Shown: positions 37,721 to 48,449 of the stretch, piece after piece | Numbering within the stretch: the stretch's first letter is position 1 | Layout: each line of letters opens with the position of its first letter | Assembly: GCA_004431415.1 (NCBI GenBank) | Contig: QPMI01000423.1 | Span: 62,001-126,000, forward strand | Origin: Cyanophora paradoxa CCMP329 | Taxonomy: Eukaryota > Plantae > Glaucophyta | Reading direction: 5' to 3' | Length of the DNA stretch: 64,000 nt | The notes under the pieces: model-generated | Database searches by the model: none | The model's input: the letters and a program-made list of their open reading frames with translations, nothing else | Told to the model about the DNA's origin: nothing | Made by a program: the position numbers and the translations under genes

Positions 37721-38676
37721 CTAGGGGCCCGGCCGCGATTCTCGCGCCGGGGGTGCAAGGGGGGAACCGGGATCTAATGGATCCGGAAGAGTCGTAGTGG
37801 GACGCACATATGCATGCGCGCGGCAGATCGACCCCGGCCCAGTGCGCGCGGCATGTTGAAGTGCAAAGATAAACACAGATTAAGATTGAGAAAAATAGAA
37901 AAGGCCCGATAAGCACACGCTGCGATCAATTCGAATAAAGAAAAGCCTCAATGAAAGGCCAGCTGCAGATTCAGCGCACACTATATGAAAGATTGTTATG
38001 GAGCCAAAAACGCTGCGCATCAACTGTGTTCGCACGGCCTACCGCTAACCCTGAACAGCTGGCTAAAAGATGATATCGATGGTGCTGTCTGCAGTGGGCT
38101 CGCCGTAAACATATATAGGCGATCCAGGCCTTTTGGAGGGGGTCGGGGCGGAAGTCGACCATGGGGCCGGGGGTGAGCGGCAGCCAGCGGCGCCGGTCCT
38201 GAAGGGAGCCGTCTTGGATCCGGAAGAGCCGCTGAGCATGGTGCGGCGGCCCGCCGCCTCCAGCGCCCGCAGAGCGACGCGGCTGGCGCGCTGCTCGCTC
38301 CCGCCGCGCATCTGCCGGAGAAGTGGTTCCATGCAGAACCGCGCAAAGAAGAGCCCGGAGCGAGAGAGAAGTCGGTTTTAATTTCCCTCAGAAAACCACT
38401 TTTCGGAGCTCTCGCGACCGCGCCGCGGCGCAAAGAAGATCCCGGCGCGGAGCGAGAGAGAAGTTGGTTTTCCCGTAGAAAACCACTTTTCGGAGCTCTC
38501 GCGAGCTCGACTTTCACGCTCGAAAGTCGAGGGCTGACCGGTTCACCGAGCCAATCGGAACGCGAATAACCGTCATTTTTTGCCCTCGTTGCAAACTGGA
38601 CCTCGAAAACGGCCTGAAAAATTCTGGCTGAAGCGAGGGAACGGGGAGCAAGGGGGAATCCTTCCCCCCTTGCAAA
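37721..38676 (-). mobile_element. Non-autonomous Helitron-like element, copy B (5' boundary uncertain)
   Basis: Same a|ctaggggcccggccgcg...cgcgccgggggtgcaaggggggaa terminus as copy A; ~38575-38675 matches ~36700-36807; internal ~75-bp duplicate at ~38340-38505. Confidence 0.6.
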
Positions 38677-39488
38677 AAAATCCAGCGCCGGCGCGCGCGC
38701 CCCGGCACCGTGCCACCGGCTACCGCCGCGCCGCGGCGGCCGCTTTGAATTCGGCAGCTGCAGTGGCGCAGCGCTAGCTAAAGCCTGCAGGCTGCAGCTG
38801 ACGGGCTCAGGCCTTTAATTTCAGCAGCTGTAGCTGCAGTACGTTTAGCACCGTTTGAGCGCTGCTGATCCCAGTGTATCATCCTACTGCATCCCAGTTC
38901 TAGAGCGTGTTGTGCTAGAGATCCCCCATCCTGGTGCCCTAGGGGTGGCACGGGATTCTAGACAACAGGTTTATAGAGTGACTCTGACCTGCAGTGAGTG
39001 CAAGACCGGCCCCAGCGTGATGCAGGTTCAGCAGTATGACAGTACTCGTAGATTTGATCCGACAGAGTTTCACTACTCTAGTCTCTCTACTAGGCCGATC
39101 TCCGGGAATGACAAAATCCCTCTAAACACGCACGTGCACGCGCCGGGCTCTTGAAGCCCTCACGCTGTCGTCCGAAGCTCTCATGATCAGATCATATATG
39201 CATATGATCCGGTCAGACGGCTCAGACATATGAAAAGCAAGCCGCTGGATTCGAGCCCGAGTCTCTAAGTACGCCGAAGCGAACTGCCGGAATTGAACCC
39301 GGGTCTCTACGAACGGCAAATTCTCTAAGGCTGCAGCCGCCTAAGATTTCGCCCGCGACAAGCGCTAGGCTGCGCCGCCGCGCCGCTAGCGGCGAGCCTA
39401 GCACACTGCGGCAAAGCGCTAGCGGGAGGCTGCGGCCCTAGGCCTACCGTAGAACACATAAATACATAATAAATACCGCCGAGAATTT

Positions 39489-39652
39489 GTTAAAACGCGG
39501 TCTGATCGTGTCCCTTCTCGTGATCCCTCTTGATTCTGTATTTTGTGCTACTTTACTGTATCTTTGATTTGTGATTGCTTTGTTGTCCTTAATATCACTA
39601 CCTACGGGGGGTTCGCCCCACCGTAGTCTCTCAAAAAAAAGTTAAAACGCGG
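39489..39652 (+). mobile_element. 5'-truncated retroelement 3' end, copy 2, with 12-bp TSD
   Basis: gttaaaacgcgg at 39489-39500 and 39641-39652 flanks a 140-bp insert ending ctacggggggttcgccccaccgtagtctctcaaaaaaaa. Confidence 0.85.
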
Positions 39653-39852
39653 GTAATTTGGTGCCGCGGTAATTACCTGCTGAGACGTCGCCCCATACAG
39701 TACCCCCCCATGCCAACATTATATAATTACCGCCCCATACAAGCCTCAGAGTTTTACAACGCGGTATAATTTGGTACCGCGGTATTTTAAAAATTGCTCT
39801 ATGGCGGGCCGCGGCCGGGTTTTAAAACGCGGTAATTTATGCCGCGGTAATT

Positions 39853-39925
39853 TAGTGCCCGACGGGGGGTTCGCCCCACCGTAGTCTCTCAAAAACAATT
39901 CTAGTGCGGCAGTAGTGCCCGACGG
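39853..39925 (+). mobile_element. Extremely truncated retroelement 3' end, copy 3, with 13-bp TSD
   Basis: tagtgcccgacgg at 39853-39865 and 39913-39925 flanks ggggttcgccccaccgtagtctctcaaaaa plus a short filler. Confidence 0.7.
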
Positions 39926-40423
39926 ATTTGTGACATGAGTAATCATGACGTCATCAGATTCATTCGTGACAGCCAATTGCAAGTTGAAACGGCCAAGTTA
40001 GAATCCAAACGGCCAGATTCTAACTTGGTAAACGGGAGCCTCTCAGCCTCCTTCGAGCCTCTCCCTGACTCCACCCTGAGGCTCCCTCTCTCATCAGTCC
40101 TCAGACCGAGTCAGACCGTCTCAGACTCTGAGACGGCGTCAGCCTCTTTGCTAGCACGCGTGCGCGTACCCGGCGTAGAGGCCCGCCGGCTCGGCCCGGG
40201 CCGCTTCAAGGCCCGCTTGCAATTGGAGCCTGCCACGGCGGCCAGCCTGGGGCCGGCGCCAGGTCGCGCGTGCCACGGTGGCACTCTTGATCTTACGCGT
40301 ACGGTGTCTTACATATACGATCGCGCACGCGTACGGCGCGGCGGCGCCAGCGCAGACACTGCAGCTGTGCAACGTTAACTTAGTAACTGTGTCCAGTCTG
40401 GAAGCTCAAGCTTAAGTGTCCGA

Positions 40424-41820
40424 ATGCAGCAGGCGCGCCCGCAGGATGTCAAGGTGCAGGTCGTACAAGCTCCAACCGCGGTGCATGTCCACATGGCAGC
40501 CCCTGCGCCTACAATCATGGCTGCACAACCCCAGCCGAAGCCCGCGCCGGCACCAGCCGCAGCCCCCAGACCCGCACCAGCACCGACGACGGTTTCCGCA
40601 ACGCAAGGACAAATCAAGGTGCGAAAGCTCGGAGCTGGCCATGGTGCGGTCTCCATTTTAGCTCGCATGTATTAATCAGCTCCGGCCCCCGCGCGGGCCC
40701 CTCTCATGATCAGGAGTTCAACGATGGGCGCATGCAACCGGCCATCCCGAAGCTCAGCGAGAACAGAGGAGCCACCGCACAGTTCCAAGCAAACAACACA
40801 ATGGATACTTCCAAGAAGTTCGTTAACGAGGTGCTTAAAGCTTGCAATTGGAGCTTAAGCTTCTCGGACGCTCCGAGCTATAGGCTCAGCATATGCATAT
40901 GCATGCGCATGATCATGAAGCCTAGCTATAGCTATAGACTCGCGATCGGTTGCAATCGTCGCGCGGGGCTCCCGGTTATTCCCGGAGTCCTCGAGCTCAT
41001 GTAGTTACTTTCCGGCCGCGGATGACCGCTTCGGGCAGAACCCCGAGGCCGCCGCCCGCTGGATCGTCGAGCACACGCGCGGGTCGCTGGCGACGCTCAA
41101 CGTCGACTTGCCCGAGCAGTTCCAAGCCAGCATCTACGGAGGCCTGAAGGTGAGGCCCCTGCGCGAACGAATGAAATGTGTATGCCCTCTAGATCTACAA
41201 CGGGAAACGCAGATGAGCCGGAAATCGTACAGCGAATTTGTAAAATCGCGCGACGGACTCAGCGCGTTTCACCTGCAGGTGCTCGGCCTATATATACCTA
41301 CACATACCATTAGCTATATACGGAAATCTCAATATGGAATCTCTCATGTGGTGGGGTAACGCTCGCGAGTCCAGGTCGACATCTCGAGTAAGGAGAAGAT
41401 GGGTAACACCGGCGGCCCGCTTCCGACCATGGCAACTTTCTTCCTTCACGTCGAACCGCCCCGAGAAAAGGTGAATTCGCGCACGCGCACGTGTATAGGT
41501 AGCGCCCACTGGGCCATCGACTTCGCGATCTGCGTCGACGCTGATCGCGTCCGCCCGCGCGCGGCCGGGCTCCGCGTGCAGAGCGGCTGCGAGAAATTCT
41601 GCGCGACGGCGTGCCCCTGCTGCACCCTGTTCTACAAGAAGGACCCGGAGCCCATTGAGCTCCTCTACGAAAGCGACGTGCGCATCCGAGTCACGAAGGT
41701 CCGCACACGCCCCAATATGATCTCGAGCTTGACGGTGCACGGGCGGGGGTTTGATGCTGGTGCTGGTGCTGGCAGGTGCAAGGGGATGCGCGAAACATGG
41801 CCCAGCAGCTGGGGCTTGAA
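40424..41820 (+). CDS. Hypothetical spliced protein with a Pro/Ala-rich N-terminus and a Cys-rich C-terminal motif (3' end uncertain)
   Basis: MQQARPQDVKVQVVQAP...QGQIK|EFNDGRMQP...KKFVNE|...PEAAARWIVEHTRGSLATLNVDLPEQFQASIYGGLK|VDISSKEKM...PPREK|...SGCEKFCATACPCCTLFYKKDPEPIELLYESDVRIRVTK. Donor sites are clear; one acceptor is ambiguous. Confidence 0.55.
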
Positions 41821-42465
41821 GGGGCCCCGGGTCCCAAGCCGGCCCCCGCAGCGGCTTCTAAATAAATGTAACGCTGCTTACGTTCATATTCATGATTCAG
41901 TTGATCATGATCAGTTTTCTATGCATATGTATATTCAAATCGGAATCCGCCTCCGCGGCCCGCGGCGCCCGGCGGCGGTTTCCGTGAGAATTCTCGATAT
42001 TCGATTTTTATGTCTTTCGTGGTTTGTTTTCCTTGCGATCGCGATCGGATCGGCCGCAGATGCATATTTATCTATATTTAAATGTCGAGATCTGATATGT
42101 ACAAGTAAATTTTTTAAAGCTTCTGACGTCGACGTCTTGGCGTCGGAGGCTGACGAGATGTTTATTCATGATCATGATCCTCCGGATCCCGGATTCCAAT
42201 TCCAATTGCAGCCAGGATCCGGAGAGCTGTAGGAATCTTGCATTTCATGGTCAGTTCGCCCATAGTGCTAGCGGTTTCGTTTTTCGCGCGTCTCCGTCTG
42301 CAGCTGTCTTCATTTCTGCAATAAATTGTCTTTTGGAAAATCACTACCTACGAAGCCTTTCACCTCTGCCGAAATGCGCTTGATACTGCTTGCCAAGCTT
42401 ATGGTGCTCTCACTACTGTTTAAATTAGATATGGTACACCACGACAGGAAGGTTTCATGATCAGG

Positions 42466-45400
42466 CTACGGAGCGGCCGCGCGCGCCGAGGGGCTCAGGG
42501 GCCCCGCGAACCAGCCCTCCGCCTCGTCGAAATCCTCCCCGCCGGATTCGAGCCCGCGGCCCGACCTGGAGCGCCGCGCCGTCGCGCGGCGCTGCTGCCG
42601 CTGCGGGCCGGCGCCGGCGGAGGCCGAGCGCTTCTCCACCAGCTTGCGGTACCACTCGGGGGCCTCGCCGGCGGGTCCGGGGCCCCCGGCCACCTGCCGG
42701 GGGCGGCTTCCAAGGAGGATCGGGGCCGGCTGGGACCCGTCGTCCTCCGGGGCGCGCCGCGATGGGGAGAGGGGCGGGACGGCGGCGGCGGCGGCGCCCG
42801 CGTCCCGGGCCGCGTCGCTTTGGATGCGGGCGGCGACGGCGCGGAGGTGGTCGATGGACTCGCGCCGCTCGAGCAGCCGCCGCAGGTCCTCCACCGCCCC
42901 CCGCCGCTCCGCTTCCGCCCGGCCCCGCTCCTCCTGCGCCCGCCTGCGCGCGCAAAGGTCAGCGGAGACCGGAGACCGGCGCCGCAGCCCGCCGGCCCGC
43001 CCGCCCCAGCGCACTTGAGGTCGGCCTGGAGGGTGGAGACGAGGAGCTGCGAGGCGGCCAGCTCGCGGTCCCGCTGCTGGATGCTCTGCGCGCGAGGTCG
43101 GCCCCGCCCGCCGCGCCGGCCCGCAGCCCGCGGCCTGCGGAACGCACCTCGACGAGGTAGTTGTATGGCTGGCCCACCTGCTCGACCCGCTTCTGCAGCC
43201 GCCCGATCTGGAAGGGGGGTACGCAGGTGAGCGGGGGGTACGGGGCGGGAAGCGTCGAGGGGGGAGGGGTCCGGGCGGGCGGAGGGGGGGGAGTACCTCG
43301 TCGGAGAGCTGCTGAACCTTCTCCTTCTCCGCCTCGAGGGACTTGATCAGTTGAACGTTCTCCCGCTGCGCTCAGATGAGACTCAGCTGAGGGGCGGGCG
43401 GGCGAGCGGGCGGGGCGGGGCGGCGCGCCTCGAGGGCGAGGGCCTTGCGGGCGAGGAGGAGGGACTGCTTGAGGTGGCGCCGCGGCGCGGCCGGCGAGCC
43501 GGCGGCGAGGGCGTCGATGAGGCGGAGCGAGTGCTGCCCCTCGGGCCCGGGCGCCGGCTCCGCCAGGGCCGCCGCGTCCACCAGCGCCGCCTCCAGCTCC
43601 CGCTCCAGCGACTCGTACTGCGCCAGCTTCTCCGCCTGCGAGCGGACCTGGCCCTCGAGCTCCGCCGCCCGCCGCCCCGCCTCGGCCTGCAGCGCGTAGT
43701 ACTCCGTGCGCGCCACGTCGAGCTTCTTCCGCAGCGCGTCGATCTCGCCCGTGGCCTGCGCCAGGCTCGCCGCCGTCTCGTCGTGCCGCGCCGAGAGCCT
43801 CTCCAGCTCGAAGACCTGCGCCGGCGACGCCGGGGTCAGCGGGCGGGCGCGGCGGGGGCGGGCCGGCGAACCTTCGTCTTGGCGGCCATGCGGGCGTCCC
43901 CGATCTGGGCCTCGAGCACGTTCTGCAGCTCGCGGTGCCTGCGGGGAGAAGGGGCGGCGCGTGAGTGCGCCCGGCGAAGAAGAAGGAGAAGGAGGAGGGG
44001 GAAAGGGGCGCACTGGGTCTGGAGGCGCTCGTTGGCGTCCTTGGCGTCCTCGAGGCGCGCGCGGAGTCGCTCGGCGTCCTGGACGGCCGTGTCGCGCGCC
44101 TCGCGCAGCGCCCGCGACTCGCGCTCGTGCAGGTCCCTCGCCGCCCGCCGCAGCTCGTCCATGTCCGCCTGCGCCCGCTCCTGCAGCCGCTGCAGCTCCG
44201 CCTGCAGCGTCGCCTGCGAGCTCGCCCGGCTCTCCTGCTGCCACGCGATGAGCCGGTCCACCGCCTCCTGCTTCTGCTGCTTCAGCTGCGTGTTCTTTCC
44301 CTTCAGCTTCTCCGCCGCCTCCTCTGCCGCCCGCAGCCGCTCCTGCAGCGCATCCACCTCCTTCGAGAGGTAGCTCTGCCGGCGCCGCGCGGAGCCCGCC
44401 GTCAGAGGGGCCGGGAGAGAGCGGCGGTGGCGGAGCAGCTCGAAGAACCGACCTTGTCCAGGGTGAGCAGCTCGGACGCCTGCGAGCGCTCGGCGAGGCG
44501 CCGCGCCATCTCCTCGCGCTCCGCCGTCGCCGCCTTCGCCTGCGCCTCCGCCATCGCCGCCGCGTGCGCCGCCCCGCGCAGCTCCTTCTCCGCCCGCTCC
44601 GCCCGCCCCGCCGCCTCGTCGTAGGCGCGGGCCTTGTCCGCCGAGGCGGCCGCCCGCGCCAGCGCCTCCCTCAGCTCCCCGTCGACCCGCCGCGCGCGCT
44701 CCTCCGTCGCCTCCAGCGCCGTCTTGAGGCCGTCGCGCTCGTCCCGCAGCAGCCGCTCCCGCTGTGCCGCCTCCCGTGCCGCCTTCGCCGCCTCCTCCAC
44801 CGCCGCCTGCGCGCTCTCCCTGCGCCCGCCCGCCCGCCGCCCGCCGCGTCGGCGCCCGCCCCCGCGCCGCCCCGCGCCCGGAGGCGTGGCGCCGGCGCAC
44901 CGCACGGCGGCGATCTCCCTCCGCAGCCGCTCCCGGTCTTCCCGTATGGGCCGCAGCAGCTCAAACGCCCGCACCTGCGCCGCCCCTGAGCGCCGGCCGG
45001 CCGCGCGGGCGGGGCAGGCGGGCGGGCGGGGCGGCTGGCCGACCTGCACGAACTCCGCCAGCGACTGGTCCTGCTCCGCCTTCCGCCGCAGCTCGGCGTA
45101 GCTGCGCGGCGGGCGCAGGCGTGAGCCGCGGCCCGGCCGGAAAGCGCTGCGCGGCGGGGCGGGCGGCGGGCGGGCGCACAGCTCTTCGGAGATGAAGAGG
45201 TCGCGCAGCAGCTCCTTGTCCGCCGCCAGCTTCTCCCGCAGCTCCGGCACCTCCACGTCCAGCTGCCGGCCCGGCTCGCCCCGCGTGCAGGCGCGCGGCT
45301 CGCGGCGGCACGCACCCTAGCCAGGCGCTCCTTGAGAGCCCGTATCTCCGTCCCACTCCGGTCCTGCAGTGTCCGCAGCTCCGCTTGCGCGCTGCGCCGC

Positions 45401-46029
45401 GTCTTAGCTTGCGCGCGGGGAAGGGGCCCGGCCAGCGAACGCACGTCTTTGCCTCGTCCGTTAGCCGCGCTTCGACCTCTATCCTCTTCTGCCGCTCCTC
45501 CCGCAGCCGCATCTCGTATGTTTGAACGACCCGATCGTGCTCGACCCGCAGCGTCTGCAGCATCACGTCCTTCCGCGCCATGTCGAGCTGCAGCTGGTCG
45601 TAGTGCCGCATTGTCTTCGTTAGCTGCGCCGTCACGCCTTCCCCGCTCCGACGCGCTGCGGGGCGGAAAACGAGGTCAGGCAGACGGCACCCTGCGCGGC
45701 ACCCTGTGCCTCACCCCGTGACTTGGAGCCGTGCGCCTCCATTGCCGGCTCATCCGAGGACAGCGAGACGTCCGGCGAGGCGTCCGAGCTCGAAGTCTGC
45801 GCTCTCTTCAGCCGCTGCCTTGGCTGCGGGCCCCTGCAGGCGCACCGGCGACACCCTTGCTATCTCCTCGTCCGCCGCTATCTCATCGATGTCCTCGTCG
45901 CGCAGCGAGAGGTTGGAGATCTACAAGCGGCTCAGCGGCTGTGGGCACGGGGCGTGGTGCGGGAGTGCGCACCCCTAGCTTCTTCTTCCACCGCATGATG
46001 CGGTCCCGTGCCGTCGCAGAGGCCGCCAT
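42466..46029 (-). CDS. PIBF1: Progesterone-induced blocking factor 1 / CEP90, centriolar coiled-coil protein
   Basis: Diagnostic blocks ISEEL|YAELRRKAEQDQSLAEFVQ|VRAFELL, ELLTLDK|SYLSKE, ARDLHERESRALREARD, KLDVARTEYYALQ, KLAQYESLERELE, RRHLKQSLLLARKALALE, GQPYNYLVE. ATG at 46029 is in frame with ATG at 45996. Confidence 0.92.
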
Positions 46030-46139
46030 CTTGCGCTTTGCTTGGCACTTTGAAACTGGGGGGATTCGACTGGGGACGGGTACAGCCGGCTCGAGTGGTC
46101 AATCGGGCCGCGGGCCGCGGGCGGGCCCGAGCACCTTCG

Positions 46140-48125
46140 ATGGTGCTGTTTAACTGTTTGAGCCCTTGTCAGTGGGCCGCGAGCGTGCGCTACAAGTCGC
46201 GGCTCGGCCCAGCGTTCCAGCTGCTCAATGAGCGGGAGATTGAGGACCTGGCGCAGTCGACGACCGTCTGTGCCCCGTTATCAGTGCTGCTCGAATCCAT
46301 CGCCGCCGCCGGTGCGCGCTATGCTTGGCATGCCGGAGAGTAGCCGCGCGCGTGGCACATGTGGAGCTCGGTCCTGCAGCTGCTTCGCGGGCCTCTTCGC
46401 GGGCCGCGCCGGAGTGTCGAATGCGGCCGCTTTTGAAGCGCCGCGGCCGCCAACCAGTGGCAGCTCGCAAGTCATAGCCCTAGGCCTCGCGACCTCCGAC
46501 TCCGACACGCTTCTCGCCCCGAACCGCGGGCCGAGGCCGCAGATTTCTGATGAAACTGCTTGCTCCGAGCAGATGGCGTGTGGCACGACTGGGGCACGCG
46601 GCCCGTCCTCCAGACCGCCTCGCCTCGCGAGGCGTCGACATCGCTGAGGACGCTAGTAGCGTGCGCGGCCGCGTGCTACGACCTGGGCCCCGCGAGCGGC
46701 GTGGAGGATGGCGTTCCGGACCCCGCGCAGCACCCCATCGAGAGCGCCGTCGCTCGCGCCTGCGCCACAATCGACCCCTCCCTCGGCCGGGTGCGCGCGC
46801 GCCCGCCGCCCGCCCCCGCCTCGGCCTCTTCGCGGCTGACGGCTCGGGCAGAGGTTTCCAGGCCAGGTGGTTGAGGGCTCGGTCCCCTGGACATCCGAGA
46901 GGCGCTGGTCCTGCCACCGCATCTCGTCCTGGGGACTGAGCGACCGGTGCGCGACCCGCCGCCGGGACCCGCGCGCCGCCGCCGACTCCGGGAGGCGCGT
47001 GCGCAGATGGGGTACGTGCTCGATCATGTCCGGCGAGGCGGAACGGGTGCTGGAGCGCTGCTCCACCGTCCTGCAGCGCGGCGAGGTGCGGGCCCCTCGT
47101 TCGCAGCCGCGCGCCCCGCGGCCAGCCGCGCCCAATCTATCCCGCAGTTCGTGTTCCTCGGGGAGCGCGAGCGGCAGCGTCTGCAGCGGGAGCTCGCAGA
47201 GGTCTCCCGCGCCGGCCTCCTCGCCGTCGGCGTCGCCTTCCTCCCCATACCCCCCGCCGTCTCCTTCCCCCCCCGCATCCCGGGGGTACCCAGCGACTTC
47301 CCCACCTCGGGCCTCTCCTTCGCGGGGTACTTCACCGTCCGGTGGCGCCCCCGGCGGGACGCCGGCGAGTCCCTCGCGCTGGCCGCCCGCTCCGCCGTCC
47401 GGCTGCTCCTCACGACGCACCACCCGCTCCCCTGGGTACACGCCGTCCTGGAGGACAGCGATCTCGCGACGGCCGCGCCGGAGAACGCCTCCCTCGTCGC
47501 CGGGGCCGTCGTCTCCGCCGCGGAGGTGGCCCATGACCCCTGGAACATCAAATCCGAGGCCCGCGTCCCGTACCCCCCTCTCCTTCCCCCCCCCCCTTTC
47601 TCACTCCTTTGCAGGTGCTGCACAGGCGATTGGCAGTGGTCGCCGGGCTGCAAGGGGGCGCCCTCCCCCGCGTCCTCGCGGAGCTCGCGGCGCAGGGCGA
47701 CGGCACCCTCGTCATCGGCACCGGAGCTGACGACCTCGACGGTGCGCGTACCCCCCCGTCCTCTCGCTCCCCCCGGGCTCACGCGCCTCTCTCGTGTGCA
47801 GCGATGCGCGCCGGCCGCGGCGTCGCGTGGGGCGGGCCCTTGCCCGGGGTACCCCCGCACGAGGCCGAGGGCGCTGTGCGGGGGTACGTGACCGACCGCA
47901 ACCTCTCGACGGCGATCGAGGCGGTCGCAGAAGGTGCGGGGGTACCCCCGTCCTGCGTGCGCCGCCCCGCTCATCCCTGACCGCCGCGCCCCTCTCCCAG
48001 CGCGCAAACTGGTGGGCGGGGCGCTCTGGTGGCCGGAGGCGGGCCCGGGGCCCTGCGGCGACCCCGACGACGCAGCCCGCTCGCGGCCCTTCGCCGGCCC
48101 CCCGTACCCCTACATGCACCGCTGA
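46140..48125 (+). CDS. Soluble, catalytically degenerate P-type ATPase (P2-like) P+N domain protein with no TM helices
   Basis: Exons are collinear with the Na/K-ATPase large cytoplasmic loop: IEDLAQSTTVCAPLSVL, HPIESAV, SVPWTSERRW, IMSGEAERVLERCSTVLQRGE, DFPTSGLSFAGYFTVRWRPR, VRLLLTTHHP, LVIGTGADDLDAMR, TDRNLSTAIEAVAEARK. Stop ends at 48125. The first intron boundary is uncertain. Confidence 0.75.
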
Positions 48126-48449
48126 GCCTCGAGCTCGGAGGCGCCCCTAGGCCTTCTTTTCCGCTTTTTCAACTAGGCTCTAGCCCCATGGCCACGTAGG
48201 ACTGACTGCATTCCGCGGCCTGGTAGTGAGTTCAATGATCCAATGATCTTCATTGCGATGTGTGTAAATGTCGCGCGCGGGCTTCCGTGTTGTGCCAGCC
48301 GGGCGCCCGTAAACTCCGAGCATCTACCCCCCCCCCCCCCCTCTGTCAAGCCAATTGCACGTCGACGTCGACGCTGCGAAGGCGTCGCGCGCCGTCGCCA
48401 AGCTTAGTGACGTCGGCGCTGCGCGCGAGCCAGCGCATCCATCAGCGAC

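Noticed and set aside
38855-39154. Possible retroviral integrase zinc-binding remnant (HPGALGV...CSECK)
   Set aside because: The spacing is wrong, the second His is missing and there is no adjacent RT or integrase core; too weak to call.
42340-42352. atcactacctacg match to the retroelement tail
   Set aside because: Only 13 bp, with no hairpin, oligo-A or TSD.
46485-46515. LATSDSDTLL as the remnant DKTGT motif of the pseudo-ATPase
   Set aside because: The upstream exon IEDLAQSTTVCAPLSVL aligns better and splices in phase, so this stretch is probably intronic.
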